64,000 nt of DNA from the human T2T-CHM13v2.0 reference genome, Homo sapiens. The first letter of the stretch is position 1, and the number at the start of each line of letters is the position of its first letter. The stretch lies in NCBI RefSeq assembly GCF_009914755.1, contig NC_060943.1, one strand, 5' to 3'. The position numbers were made by a program, and so were the translations under genes. Positions 24,501 through 38,194 of this stretch are shown here, piece by piece. Under the pieces are notes generated by a model. The model was not told the origin of the DNA, did no database searches, and saw nothing but the letters and a program-made list of their open reading frames with translations.

Positions 24501-27500
24501 TGAGGTCAAAGGTAGAAAAGTAAATATCTTCGTATAAAAACTAGACAGAGTGATTCTCAGAAACTCCTTTGTGATGTCTGCGTTCAACTCACAGAGTTTA
24601 ACCTTACTTTTCATAGAGCAGTTAGGAAACACTCTGTTTGTAAAGTCTGCAAGTGGATATTCAGACCTCCTTGAGGCCTTCGTTGGAAACGGGATTTCTT
24701 CATATTCTGCTATACAGAAGAATTCTCAGAAACTTCCTTGTGTTGTGTGTATTCAACTCACAGAGTTGAACGATCGTTTACACAGAGCAGACTTGAGACA
24801 CTCTTTTTGTGGAATTTGTAAGTGGAGATTTCAGCCGCTTTGAGGTCAATGGTAGAAAAGGAAATATCTTCATATAAAAACTAGACAGAATGATACTCAG
24901 AAACTCCTTTGTGATGTGGGCGTTCAACTCACAGAGTTTAACCTTTCTTTTCATAGAGCAGTTAGGAAACACTCTGTTTGTAAAGTCTGCAAGTGGATAT
25001 TCAGACCTCTTTGAGGCCTTCGTTGGAAACGGGATTTCTTCATATTATGCTAGACAGAAGAATTCTCAGTAACTTCCTTGTGTTGTGTGTATTCAACTCA
25101 CAGAGTTGAACGATCCTTTACACAGAGCAGACTTGAAACACTCTTTTTGTGGAATTTGCAAGTGGAGATTTCAGCCGCTTTGAGGTCAATGGTAGAATAG
25201 GAAATATCTTCCTATAGAAACTAGACAGAATGATTCTGAGAAACTCCTTTGTGATGTGTGCGTTCAACTCACAGAGTTTAACCTTTCTTTTCATAGAGCA
25301 GTTAGGAAACACTCTGTTTGTAAAGTCTGCAAGTGGATATTCAGACCTCCTTGAGGCCTTCGTTGGAAACGGGATTTCTTCATATTATGCTAGACAGAAG
25401 AATTCTCAGTAACTTCCTTGTGTTGTGTGTATTCAACTCACAGAGTTGAATGATCCTTTACACAGAACAGACTTGAAACACTCTTGTTGTGGAATTTGCA
25501 AGTGGAGAATTCAGCCGCTTTGAGGTCAACGGTAGAATAGGAAATATCTTCCTATAGAAACTAGACAGAATGATTCTCAGAAACTCCTTTGTGATGTGTG
25601 CGTTCAACTCACAGAGTTTAACCTTTCTTTTCATAGAGCAGTTAGGAAACACTCTGTTTGTAAAGTCTGCAAGTGGATATTCAGACATCCTTGAGGCTTT
25701 CGTTGGAAACGGGATTTCTTCATATTCTGCTAGAAAGAAGAATTCTCAGTAACTTCCTTGTGTTGTGTGTATTCAACTCACAGAGTTGAACGATCCTTTA
25801 CACAGAACAGTCTTGAAACACTCTTTTTGTGGAATTTGCAATTGGAGATTTCAGCCGCTTTGAGGTCAATGGTAGAATAGGAAATATCTTCCTATAGAAA
25901 CTAGACAGAATGATTCTCAGAAACACCTTTGTGATGTGTGCGTTCAACTCACAGAGTTTAACCTTTCTTTTCATAGAGCAGTTAGGAAACACTCTGTTTG
26001 TAAAGTCTGCAAGTGGATATTCAGACCTCCTTGAGGCCTTCTTTGGAAACGGGATTTCTTCATATTATGCTAGACAGAAGAATTCTCAGTAACTTCCTTG
26101 TGTTGTGTGTTTTCAACTCACAGAGTTGAACGATCCTTTACACAGAGCAGACTTGAAACACTCTTTTTGTGGAATTTGCAAGTGGAGATTTCAGCCGCTT
26201 TGAGGTCAATGGTAGAATAGGAAATATCTTCCTATAGAAACTAGACAGAATGATTCTGAGAAACTCCTTTGTGATGTGCGCGTTCAACTCACAGAGTTCA
26301 ACCTTTCTTTTCATAGAGCAGTTGGGAAACACTCTGTTTGTAAAGTCTGCAAGTGGATATTCAGACCTCTTTGAGGCCTTCGTTGGAAGCAGGATTTCTT
26401 CATATTCTGCTAGACAGAAGAATTCTCAGTAACTTCCTTGTGTTGTGTGTATTCAACTCACAGAGTTGAACGATCCTTTACACAGAGCAGACTTGAAACA
26501 CTCTTTTTGTGGAATTTGCAAGTGGAGATTTCAGCCGCTTTGAGGTCAATGGTAGAATAGGAAATATCTTCCTATAGAAACTAGACAGAATGATTCTCAG
26601 AAACTCCTTTGTGATGTGTGCGTTCAACTCACAGAGTTTAACCTTTCTTTTCATAGAGCAGTTAGGAAACACTCTGTTTGTAAAGTCTGCAAGTGGATAT
26701 TCAGACATCCTTGAGGCTTTCGTTGGAAACGGGATTTCTTCATATTCTGCTAGAAAGAAGAATTCTCAGTAACTTCCTTGTGTTGTGTGTATTCAACTCA
26801 CAGAGTTGAATGATCCTTTACACAGAACAGTCTTGAAACACTCTTTTTGTGGAATTTGCAAGTGGAGATTTCAGCCGCTTTGAGGTCAATGGTAGAATAG
26901 GAAATATCTTCCTATAGAAAATAGACAGAATGATTCTCAGAAACTCCTTTGTGATGTGTGCGTTCAACTCACAGAGTTTAACCTTTCTTTTCATAGAGCA
27001 GTTAGGAAACACTCTGTTTGTAAAGTCTGCAAGTGGATATTCAGACCTCTTTGAGGCCTTCGTTGGAAACGGGATTTCTTCATATTATGCTAGACAGAAG
27101 AATTCTCAGAAACTTCGTTGTGTTGTGTGTTTTCAACTCACAGAGTTCAACGATCCTTTACACAGAGTAGACTTGAAACACTTTTTTTGTGGAATTGGCA
27201 GTGTGGAGATTTCAGCCGCTTTGAGGTCAAAGGTAGAAAAGTAAATATCTTCGTATAAAAACTAGACAGAGTGATTCTCAGAAACTCCTTTGTGATGTCT
27301 GCGTTCAACTCACAGAGTTTAACCTTTCTTTTCATAGAGCAGTTAGGAAACACTCTGTTTGTAAAGTCTGCAAGTGGATATTCAGACATCCTTGTAGCCT
27401 TCGTTGGAAACGGGATTTCTTCATATTCTGCTATACAGAAGAATTCTCAGAAACTTCCTTGTGTTGTGTGTATTCAACTCACAGAGTTGAACGATCGTTT

Positions 27501-28260
27501 ACACAGAGCAGACTTGAGACACTCTTTTTGTGGAATTTGTAAGTGGAGATTTCAGCCGCTTTGAGGTCAATGGTAGAAAAGGAAATATCTTCATATAAAA
27601 ACTAGACAGAATGATACTCAGAAACTCCTTTGTGATGTGGGCGTTCAACTCACAGAGTTTAACCTTTCTTTTCATAGAGCAGTTAGGAAACACTCTGTTT
27701 GTAAAGTCTGCAAGTGGATATTCAGACCTCTTTGAGGCCTTCGTTGGAAACGGGATTTCTTCATATTATGCTAGACAGAAGAATTCTCAGTAACTTCCTT
27801 GTGTTGTGTGTATTCAACTCACAGAGTTGAACGATCCTTTACACAGAGCAGACTTGAAACACTCTTTTTGTGGAATTTGCAAGTGGAGATTTCAGCCGCT
27901 TTGAGGTCAATGGTAGAATAGGAAATATCTTCCTATAGAAACTAGACAGAATGATTCTGAGAAACTCCTTTGTGATGTGTGCGTTCAACTCACAGAGTTT
28001 AACCTTTCTTTTCATAGAGCAGTTAGGAAACACTCTGTTTGTAAAGTCTGCAAGTGGATATTCAGACCTCCTTGAGGCCTTCGTTGGAAACGGGATTTCT
28101 TCATATTATGCTAGACAAAAGAATTCTCAGTAACTTCCTTGTGTTGTGTGTATTCAACTCACAGAGTTGAACGATCCTTTACACAGAGCAGACTTGAAAC
28201 ACTCTTGTTGTGGAATTTGCAAGTGGAGAATTCAGCCACTTTGAGGTCAACGGTAGAAAA
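21550..28260 (+). repeat. 2721-bp (16-mer +1 bp) local periodicity, ~2.5 copies with a variable internal slot
   Basis: ggcagtgtgg, gtcaaaggtagaaaagtaaa, gatactcag, gatgtgggc and gagaattcagcc each recur at 2721-bp steps (dimers 21829/24550/27271; 22169/24890/27611). Confidence 0.88.
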
Positions 28261-28269
28261 GGAAATATC

Positions 28270-31200
28270 TTCCTATAGAAACTAGACAGAATGATTCTCA
28301 GAAACTCCTTTGTGATGTGTGCGTTCAACTCACAGAGTTTAACCTTTCTTTTCATAGAGCAGTTAGGAAACACTCTGTTTGTAAAGTCTGCAAGTGGATA
28401 TTCAGACATCTTTGAGGCTTTCGTTGGAAACGGGATTTCTTCGTATTCTGCTATACAGAAGAATTCTCAGAAACTTCCTTGTGTTGTGTGTTTTCAACTC
28501 ACAGATTTGAACGATGCTTTACACAGAGTAGACTTGAAACACTCTTTTTGTGGAATTTGCAAGTGGAGATTTCAGCCGCTTTGAGGTCAATGGTAGAATA
28601 GGAAATATCTTCCTATAGAAACTAGACAGAATGATTCTCAGAAACTCCTTTGTGATGTGTGCGTTCAACTCACAGAGTTTAACCTTTCTTTTCATAGAGC
28701 AGTTAGGAAACACTCTGTTTTTATAGTCTGCAAGTGGATATTCAAACCTCTTTGAGGCCTTCGTTGGAAACGGGATTTCTTCATATTCTGCTAGAGAGAA
28801 GAATTCGCAGTAACTTCATTGTGTTGTCGGTATTCAACTCACAGAGTTCAACGATCCTTTACACAGAGCAGACTTGAAACACTCTTTTTGTGGAATTTGC
28901 AAGTGGAGATTTCAGCCGCTTTGAGGTCAATGGTAGAAAAGGAAATATCTTCCTATAGAAACTAGACAGAATGATTCTCAGAAACTCCTTTGTGATGTGT
29001 GCGTTCAACTCACAGAGTTTAACCTTTCTTTTCATAGACCAGTTAGGAATCACTCTGTTTTTATAGTCTGTAAGTGGATATTCAGACATCTTTGAGGCCT
29101 TCGTTGGAAACGGGATTTCTTCATATTCTGCTATACAGAAGAATTCTCAGAAACTTCCTTGTGTTGTGTGTTTTCAACTCACAGAGTTGAACGATGCTTT
29201 ACACAGAGTAGACTTGAAACACTCTTTTTGTGTAATTTGCTAGTGGAGATTTCAGCCGCTTTGAGTTCAATGGTAGAAAAAGAAATATCTTCGTATAAAA
29301 ATTAGACAGAATGATTCTCAGAAACTCCTTTGTGATGTGTGCGTTCAACTCACAGAGTTTAACCTTTCTTTTCATAGAGCAGTTAGGAAACACTCTGTTT
29401 TTAAAGTCTGCAAGTGTATATTCAGACATCCTTGAGGCTTTCGTTGCAAACGGGATTTCTTCTTATTCTGCTATACAGAAGAATTCTCAGAAACTTCCCT
29501 GTGTTGTGTGAATTCAACTCACAGAGTTGAACGATCCTTTACACAGAGGAGACTTGAAACACTCTTTTTGTGGAATTTGCAAGTGGAGATTTCAGCCGCT
29601 TTGAGGTCAATGGTAGAATAGGGAATATCTTCCTATAGAAACTAGACAGAATGATTCTCAGAAACTCCTTTGTGATGTGTGCGTTCAACTCACAGAGTTT
29701 AACCTTTCTTTTCATAGAGCAGTTAGGAAACACTCTGTTTGTAAAGACTGCAAGTGGATATTCAGACCTCCTTGAGGCCTTCGTTGGAAACAGGATTTCT
29801 TCATATTATGCTAGACAGAAGAATTCTCAGTAACTTCCTTGTGTTGTGTGTATTCAACTCACAGAGTTGAACGATCCTTTACACAGAGCAGACTTGAAAC
29901 ACTCTTTTTGTGGAATTTGCAAGTGGAGATTTCAGCCGCTTTGAGGTCAATGGTAGAATAGGAAATATCTTCCTATAGAAACTAGACAGAATGATTCTCA
30001 GAAACTCCTTTGTGATGTGTGCATTCAACTCACAGAGTTTAACCTTTCTTTTCATAGAGCAGTTAGGAAACACTCTGTTTGTAAAGTCTGCAAGTGGATA
30101 TTCAGACCTCTTTGAGGCCTTCGTTGGAAACGGGATTTCTTCATATTCTGCTAGAGAGAAGAATTCTCAGTAACTTCCTTGTGTTGTGTGTATTCAACTC
30201 ACAGAGTTGAACGATCCTTTACACAGAGCAGACTTGAAACACTCTTTTTGTGGAATTTGCAAGTGGAGATTTCAGCCGCTTTGAGGTCAATGGTAGAATA
30301 GGAAATATCTTCCTATAGAAACTAGACAGAATGATTCTCAGAAACTCCTTTGTGATGTGTGTGTTCAACTCACAGAGTTTAACCTTTCTTTTCATAGAGC
30401 AGTTAGGAAACACTCTGTTTGTAAAGTCTGCAAGTGGATATTCAGACCTCTTTGAGGCCTTCGTTGGAAACGGGATTTCTTCATATTCTGCTAGACAGAA
30501 GAATTCTCAGTAACTTCCTTGTGTTGTGTGAATTCACCTCACAGAGTTGAATGATCGTTTACACAGAGCAGACTTGAAACACTCTTTTTGTGGAATTTGC
30601 AAGTGGAGATTTCAGCCGCTTTGTGGTCAATAGTAGAATAGGAAATATCTTCCTATAGAAACTAGACAGAATGATTGTCAGAAACTCCTTTGTGATGTGT
30701 GCGTTCAACTCACAGAGTTTATCCTTTCTTTTCATAGAGCAGTTAGGAAACACTCTGTTTGTAAAGTCTGCAAGTGGATATTCAGACATCTTTGAGGCTT
30801 TCATTGGAAACGGGATTTCTTCATATTCTGCTATACAGAAGAATTCTCAGAAACTTCCTTGTGTTCTGTGTTTTCAACTCACAGAGTTGAACGATGCTTT
30901 ACACAGAGTAGACTTGAAACACTCTTGTGGAATTTGCAAGTGGAGATTTCATCCGCTTTGAGGTCAATGGTAGAATAGGAAATATCTTCCTATAGAAACT
31001 AGACAGAATGATTCTCAGAAACTCTTTTGTGATGTGTGCGTTCAACTCACAGAGTTTAACCATTCTTTTCATAGAGGAGTTAGGAAACACTCTGTTTGAA
31101 AAGTCTGCAAGTGGATATTCTGACCTCCTTGAGGCCTTCGTTGGAAACGGGATTTCTTCATATTATGCTGGACAGAAGAATTCTCAGTAACTTCCTTGTA

Positions 31201-31737
31201 GTGTGTGTATTCAACTCACAGAGTTAAACGATCCTTTACACAGAGCAGACTTGAAACACTCTTTTTGTGGAATTTCCAAGTGGAGATTTCAGCCGCTTTG
31301 AGGTCAATGGTAGAATAGGAAATATCTTCCTATAGAAACTAGACAGAATGATTCTCAGAAACTCCTTTGTGATGTGTGCGTTCAACTCACAGAGTTTAAC
31401 CTTTCTTTTCATAGAGCAGTTAGGAAACACTCTGTTTTTATAGTCTGCAAGTGGATATTCAGACATCTTTGAGGCCTTCGTTGGAAACGTGATTTCTTCA
31501 TATTCTGCTATACAGAAGAATTCTCAGAAACTTCCTTGTGTTGTGTGTTTTCAACTCACAGAGTTGAACGATGCTTTACACAGAGTAGACTTGAAACACT
31601 CTTTTTGTGTAATTTGCAAGTGGAGATTTCAGCCGCTTTGAGGTCAATGGTAGAAAAGGAAATATCTTCGTATAAAAACTAGACAGAATGATTCTCAGAA
31701 ACTACTTTGTGATGTGTGCGTTCAACTCACAGAGTTT
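28270..31737 (+). repeat. ~3.4-kb segmental duplicate (copy at ~53418-56885, offset 25148)
   Basis: Matching ordered dimers 28291/53439, 29311/54459, 29651/54799, 29991/55139, 30671/55819, 31688/56836. Confidence 0.85.
30157..31737 (+). repeat. Left ~1.58-kb direct repeat flanking the dimer island
   Basis: Matches 36614-38194 (offset 6457), including the private variant gaatgatcgttt (T at 30552/37009). Confidence 0.85.
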
Positions 31738-34700
31738 GCCCTTTCTTTTCATAGAGCAGTTAGGAAACACTCTGTTTGTAAAGTCTGCAAGTGGATATTC
31801 AGACATCCTTGAGGCTTTCGTTGGAAACGGGATTTCTTCATATTCTGCTAGAAAGAAGAATTCTCAGTAACTTCCTTGTGTTGTGTGTATTCAACTCACA
31901 GAGTTGAACGATCCTTTACACAGAGCAGACTTGAAACACTCTTTTTGTGGAATTTGCAAGTGGAGATTTCAGCCGCTTTGAGGTCAATGGTAGAATAGGA
32001 AATATCTTCCTATAGAAACTAGACAGAATGATTCTCAGAAACTCCTTTGTGATGTGTGCGTTCAACTCACAGAGTTTAACCTTTCTTTTCATAGAGCAGT
32101 TAGGAAACACTCTGTTTGTAAAGTCTGCAAGTGGATATTCAGACATCCTTGAGGCTTTCGTTGGAAACGGGATTTCTTCATATTCTGCTAGAAAGAAGAA
32201 TTCTCAGTAACTTCCTTGTGTTGTGTGTATTCAACTCACAGAGTTGAACGATCCTTTCCACAGAGCAGACTTGAAACACTCTTTTTGTGGAATTTGCAAG
32301 TGGAGATTTCAGCCGCTTTGAGTTCAATGGTAGAATAGGAAATATCTTCCTATAGAAACTAGACAGAATGATTCTCAGAAACTCCTTTGTGATGTGTGCG
32401 TTCAGCTCACAGAGTTCAACCTTTCTTTTCATAGAGCAGTTGGGAAACACTCTGTTTGTAAAGTCTGCAAGTGGATATTCAGACTTCTTTGAGGCCTTCG
32501 TTGGAAGCGGGATTTCTTCATGTTCTGCTAGACAGAAGAATTCTCAGTAACTGCCTTGTGTTGTGTGTATTCAACTCACAGAGTTGAACGATCCTTTACA
32601 CAGAGCAGACTTGAAACACTCCTTTTGTGGAATTTGCAAGTGGAGATTTCAGCCGCTTTGAGGTCAATGGTAGAATAGGAAATATCTTCCTATAGAAACT
32701 AGACAGAATGATTCTCAGAAACTCCTTTGTGATGTGTGCGTTCAACTCACAGAGTTTAACCTTTCTTTTCATAGAGCAGTTAGGAAACACTCTGTTTGTA
32801 AAGTCTGCAAGTGGATATTCAGACATCTTTGAGGCTTTCGTTGGAAACGGGATTTCTTCATATTCTGCTAGAAAGAAGAATTCTCAGTAACTTCCTTGTG
32901 TTGTGTGTATTCAACTCACAGAGTTGAACGATCCTTTACACAGAGCAGACTTGAAACACTCTTTTTGTGGAATTTGCAAGTGGAGATTTCAGCCGCTTTG
33001 AGGTCAATGGTAGAATAGGAAATATCTTCCTATAGAAACTAGACAGAATGATTCTCAGAAACTCCTTTGTGATGTGTGCGTTCAACTCACAGAGTTTAAC
33101 CTTTCTTTTCATAGAGCAGTTAGGAAACACTCTGTTTGTAAAGTCTGCAAGTGGATATTCAGACGTCCTTGAGGCTTTCGTTGGAAACGGGATTTCTTCA
33201 TATTCTGCTAGAAAGAAGAATTCTCAGTAACTTCCTTGTGTTGTGTGTATTCAACTCACAGAGTTGAACGATCCTTTACACAGAGCAGACTTGAAACACT
33301 CTTTTTGTGGAATTTGCAAGTGGAGATTTCAGCCGCTTTGAGGTCAATGGTAGAATAGGAAATATCTTCCTATAGAAACTAGACAGAATGATTCTCAGAA
33401 ACTCCTTTGTGATGTGTGCGTTCAACTCACAGAGTTTAACCTTTCTTTTCATAGAGCAGTTGGGAAACACTCTGTTTGTAAAGTCTGCAAGTGGATATTC
33501 AGACCTCCTTGAGGCTTTCGTTGGAAACGGGATTTCTTCATATTCTGCTAGAAAGAAGAATTCTCAGTAACTTCCTTGTGTTGTGTGTATTCAACTCACA
33601 GAGTTGAACGATCCTTTACACAGAGCAGACTTGAAACACTCTTTTTGTGGAATTTGCAAGTGGAGATTTCAGCCGCTTTGAGTTCAATGGTAGAATAGGA
33701 AATATCTTCCTATAGAAACTAGACAGAATGATTCTCAGAAACTCCTTTGTGATGTGTGCGTTCAACTCACAGAGTTCAACCTTTCTTTTCATAGAGCAGT
33801 TGGGAAACACTCTGTTTGTAAAGTCTGCAAGTGGATATTCAGACTTCTTTGAGGCCTTCGTTGGAAGCGGGATTTCTTCATATTCTGCTAGACAGAAGAA
33901 TTCTCAGTAACTGCCTTGTGTTGTGTGTATTCAACTCACAGAGTTGAACGATCCTTTACACAGAGCAGACTTGAAACACTCTTTTTGTGGAATTTGCAAG
34001 TGGAGATTTCAGCCGCTTTGAGGTCAATGGTAGAATAGGAAATATCTTCCTATAGAAACTAGACAGAATGATTCTCAGAAACTCCTTTGTGATGTGTGCG
34101 TTCAACTCACAGAGTTTACCCTTTCTTTTCATAGAGCAGTTAGGAAACACTCTGTTTGTAAAGTCTGCAAGTGGATATTCAGACATCCTTGAGGCTTTCG
34201 TTGGAAACGGGATTTCTTCATATTCTGCTAGAAAGGAGAATTCTCAGTAACTTCCTTGTGTTGTGTGTATTCAACTCACAGAGTTGAACGATCCTTTACA
34301 CAGAGCAGACTTGAAGCACTCTTTTTGTGGAATTTGCAAGTGGAGATTTCAGCCGCTTTGAGGTCAATGGTAGAATAGGAAATATCTTCCTATAGAAACT
34401 AGACAGAATGATTCTCAGAAACTCCTTTGTGATGTGTGCGTTCAACTCACAGAGTTTAACCTTTCTTTTCATAGAGCAGTTAGGAAACACTCTGTTTGTA
34501 AAGTCTGCAAGTGGATATTCAGACATCCTTGAGGCTTTCGTTGGAAACGGGATTTCTTCATATTCTGCTAGAAAAAAGAATTCTCAGTAACTTCCTTGTG
34601 TTGTGTGTATTCAACTCACAGAGTTGAACGATCCTTTACACAGAGCAGACTTGAAACACTCTTTTTGTGGAATTTGCAAGTGGAGATTTCAGCCGCTTTG

Positions 34701-36613
34701 AGTTCAATGGTAGAATAGGAAATATCTTCCTATAGAAACTAGACAGAATGATTCTCAGAAACTCCTTTGTGATGTGTGCGTTCAACTCACAGAGTTCAAC
34801 CTTTCTTTTCATAGAGCAGTTGGGAAACACTCTGTTTGTAAAGTCTGCAAGTGGATATTCAGACTTCTTTGAGGCCTTCGTTGGAAGCGGGATTTCTTCA
34901 TGTTCTGCTAGACAGAAGAATTCTCAGTAACTGCCTTGTGTTGTGTGTATTCAACTCACAGAGTTGAACGATCCTTTACACAGAGCAGACTTGAAACACT
35001 CCTTTTGTGGAATTTGCAAGTGGAGATTTCAGCCGCTTTGAGGTCAATGGTAGAATAGGAAATATCTTCCTATAGAAACTAGACAGAATGATTCTCAGAA
35101 ACTCCTTTGTGATGTGTGCGTTCAACTCACAGAGTTTAACCTTTCTTTTCATAGAGCAGTTAGGAAACACTCTGTTTGTAAAGTCTGCAAGTGGATATTC
35201 AGACATCCTTGAGGCTTTCGTTGGAAACGGGATTTCTTCATATTCTGCTAGAAAGAAGAATTCTCAGTAACTTCCTTGTGTTGTGTGTATTCAACTCACA
35301 GAGTTGAACGATCCTTTACACAGAGCAGACTTGAAACACTCTTTTTGTGGAATTTGCAAGTGGAGATTTCAGCCGCTTTGAGGTCAATGGTAGAATAGGA
35401 AATATCTTCCTATAGAAACTAGACAGAATGATTCTCAGAAACTCCTTTGTGATGTGTGCGTTCAACTCACAGAGTTTAACCTTTCTTTTCATAGAGCAGT
35501 TAGGAAACACTCTGTTTGTAAAGTCTGCAAGTGGATATTCAGACCTCCTTGAGGCCTTCGTTGGAAACGGGATTTCTTCATATTCTGCTAGACAGAAGAA
35601 TTCTCAGTAACTTCCTTGTGTTGTGTGTATTCAACTCACAGAGTTGAACGATCCTTTACACAGAGCAGACTTGAAACACTCTTTTTGTGGAATTTGCAAG
35701 TGGAGATTTCAGCCGCTTTGAGTTCAATGGTAGAATAGGAAATATCTTCCTATAGAAACTAGACAGAATGATTCTCAGAAACTCCTTTGTGATGTGTGCG
35801 TTCAACTCACAGAGTTCAACCTTTCTTTTCATAGAGCAGTTGGGAAACACTCTGTTTGTAAAGTCTGCAAGTGGATATTCAGACTTCTTTGAGGCCTTCG
35901 TTGGAAGCGGGATTTCTTCATATTCTGCTAGACAGAAGAATTCTCAGTAACTTCCTTGTGTTGTGTGTATTCAACTCACAGAGTTGAACGATCCTTTACA
36001 CAGAGCAGACTTGAAACACTCCTTTTGTGGAATTTGCAAGTGGAGATTTCAGCCGCTTTGAGGTCAATGGTAGAATAGGAAATATCTTCCTATAGAAAGT
36101 AGACAAAATGATTCTCAGAAACTCCTTTGTGATGTGTGCGTTCAACTCACAGAGTTTAACCTTTCTTTTCATAGAGCAGTTAGGAAACACTCTGTTTGTA
36201 AAGTCTGCAAGTGGATATTCAGACCTCCTTGAGGCCTTCGTTGGAAACGGGATTTCTTCATATTATGCTAGACAGAAGAATTCTCAGTAACTTCCTTGTG
36301 TTGTGTGTATTCAACTCACAGAGTTGAACGATCCTTTACACAGAGCAGACTTGAAACACTCTTTTTGTGGAATTTGCAATTGGAGATTTCAGCCGCTTTG
36401 AGTTCAAGGGTAGAATAGGAAATATCTTCCTATAGAAACTAGACAGAATGATTCTCAGAAACTCCTTTGTGATGTGTGCGTTCAACTCACAGAGTTCAAC
36501 CTTTCTTTTAATAGAGCAGTTGGGAAACACTCTGTTTGTAAAGTCTGCAAGTGGATATTCAGACTTCTTTGAGGCCTTCGTTGGAAGCGGGATTTCTTCA
36601 TATTCTGCTAGAC
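31738..36613 (+). repeat. ~4.9-kb near-consensus dimer island
   Basis: No indels, all 15 CENP-B boxes intact, and every A monomer is the tagaataggaaatatcttcctatag type. Built from a few dimer types, with an internal partial 2380-bp repeat (31688/34068, 32368/34748, 32708/35088). Confidence 0.85.
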
Positions 36614-38194
36614 AGAAGAATTCTCAGTAACTTCCTTGTGTTGTGTGTATTCAACTCACAGAGTTGAACGATCCTTTACACAGAGCAGACTTGAAACACT
36701 CTTTTTGTGGAATTTGCAAGTGGAGATTTCAGCCGCTTTGAGGTCAATGGTAGAATAGGAAATATCTTCCTATAGAAACTAGACAGAATGATTCTCAGAA
36801 ACTCCTTTGTGATGTGTGTGTTCAACTCACAGAGTTTAACCTTTCTTTTCATAGAGCAGTTAGGAAACACTCTGTTTGTAAAGTCTGCAAGTGGATATTC
36901 AGACCTCTTTGAGGCCTTCGTTGGAAACGGGATTTCTTCATATTCTGCTAGACAGAAGAATTCTCAGTAACTTCCTTGTGTTGTGTGAATTCACCTCACA
37001 GAGTTGAATGATCGTTTACACAGAGCAGACTTGAAACACTCTTTTTGTGGAATTTGCAAGTGGAGATTTCAGCCGCTTTGTGGTCAATAGTAGAATAGGA
37101 AATATCTTCCTATAGAAACTAGACAGAATGATTGTCAGAAACTCCTTTGTGATGTGTGCGTTCAACTCACAGAGTTTATCCTTTCTTTTCATAGAGCAGT
37201 TAGGAAACACTCTGTTTGTAAAGTCTGCAAGTGGATATTCAGACATCTTTGAGGCTTTCATTGGAAACGGGATTTCTTCATATTCTGCTATACAGAAGAA
37301 TTCTCAGAAACTTCCTTGTGTTCTGTGTTTTCAACTCACAGAGTTGAACGATGCTTTACACAGAGTAGACTTGAAACACTCTTGTGGAATTTGCAAGTGG
37401 AGATTTCATCCGCTTTGAGGTCAATGGTAGAATAGGAAATATCTTCCTATAGAAACTAGACAGAATGATTCTCAGAAACTCTTTTGTGATGTGTGCGTTC
37501 AACTCACAGAGTTTAACCATTCTTTTCATAGAGGAGTTAGGAAACACTCTGTTTGAAAAGTCTGCAAGTGGATATTCTGACCTCCTTGAGGCCTTCGTTG
37601 GAAACGGGATTTCTTCATATTATGCTGGACAGAAGAATTCTCAGTAACTTCCTTGTAGTGTGTGTATTCAACTCACAGAGTTAAACGATCCTTTACACAG
37701 AGCAGACTTGAAACACTCTTTTTGTGGAATTTCCAAGTGGAGATTTCAGCCGCTTTGAGGTCAATGGTAGAATAGGAAATATCTTCCTATAGAAACTAGA
37801 CAGAATGATTCTCAGAAACTCCTTTGTGATGTGTGCGTTCAACTCACAGAGTTTAACCTTTCTTTTCATAGAGCAGTTAGGAAACACTCTGTTTTTATAG
37901 TCTGCAAGTGGATATTCAGACATCTTTGAGGCCTTCGTTGGAAACGTGATTTCTTCATATTCTGCTATACAGAAGAATTCTCAGAAACTTCCTTGTGTTG
38001 TGTGTTTTCAACTCACAGAGTTGAACGATGCTTTACACAGAGTAGACTTGAAACACTCTTTTTGTGTAATTTGCAAGTGGAGATTTCAGCCGCTTTGAGG
38101 TCAATGGTAGAAAAGGAAATATCTTCGTATAAAAACTAGACAGAATGATTCTCAGAAACTACTTTGTGATGTGTGCGTTCAACTCACAGAGTTT
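36614..38194 (+). repeat. Right ~1.58-kb direct repeat flanking the dimer island
   Basis: Matches 30157-31737 (dimers 36788, 37128, 37465, 37805, 38145). Confidence 0.85.

Noticed and set aside
32496-32512. CENP-B variants GGAAGCGGG, TTTGAAACGGG, TTGCAAACGGG and TTGAAAACGGG as broken boxes
   Set aside because: The changes fall outside the nine core positions, so I counted them as intact.
30157-38194. Island as a transposable element with LTRs or target-site duplication
   Set aside because: Both the interior and the flanks are pure alpha-satellite, with no coding capacity or terminal motifs; recombination or template switching is sufficient to explain it.
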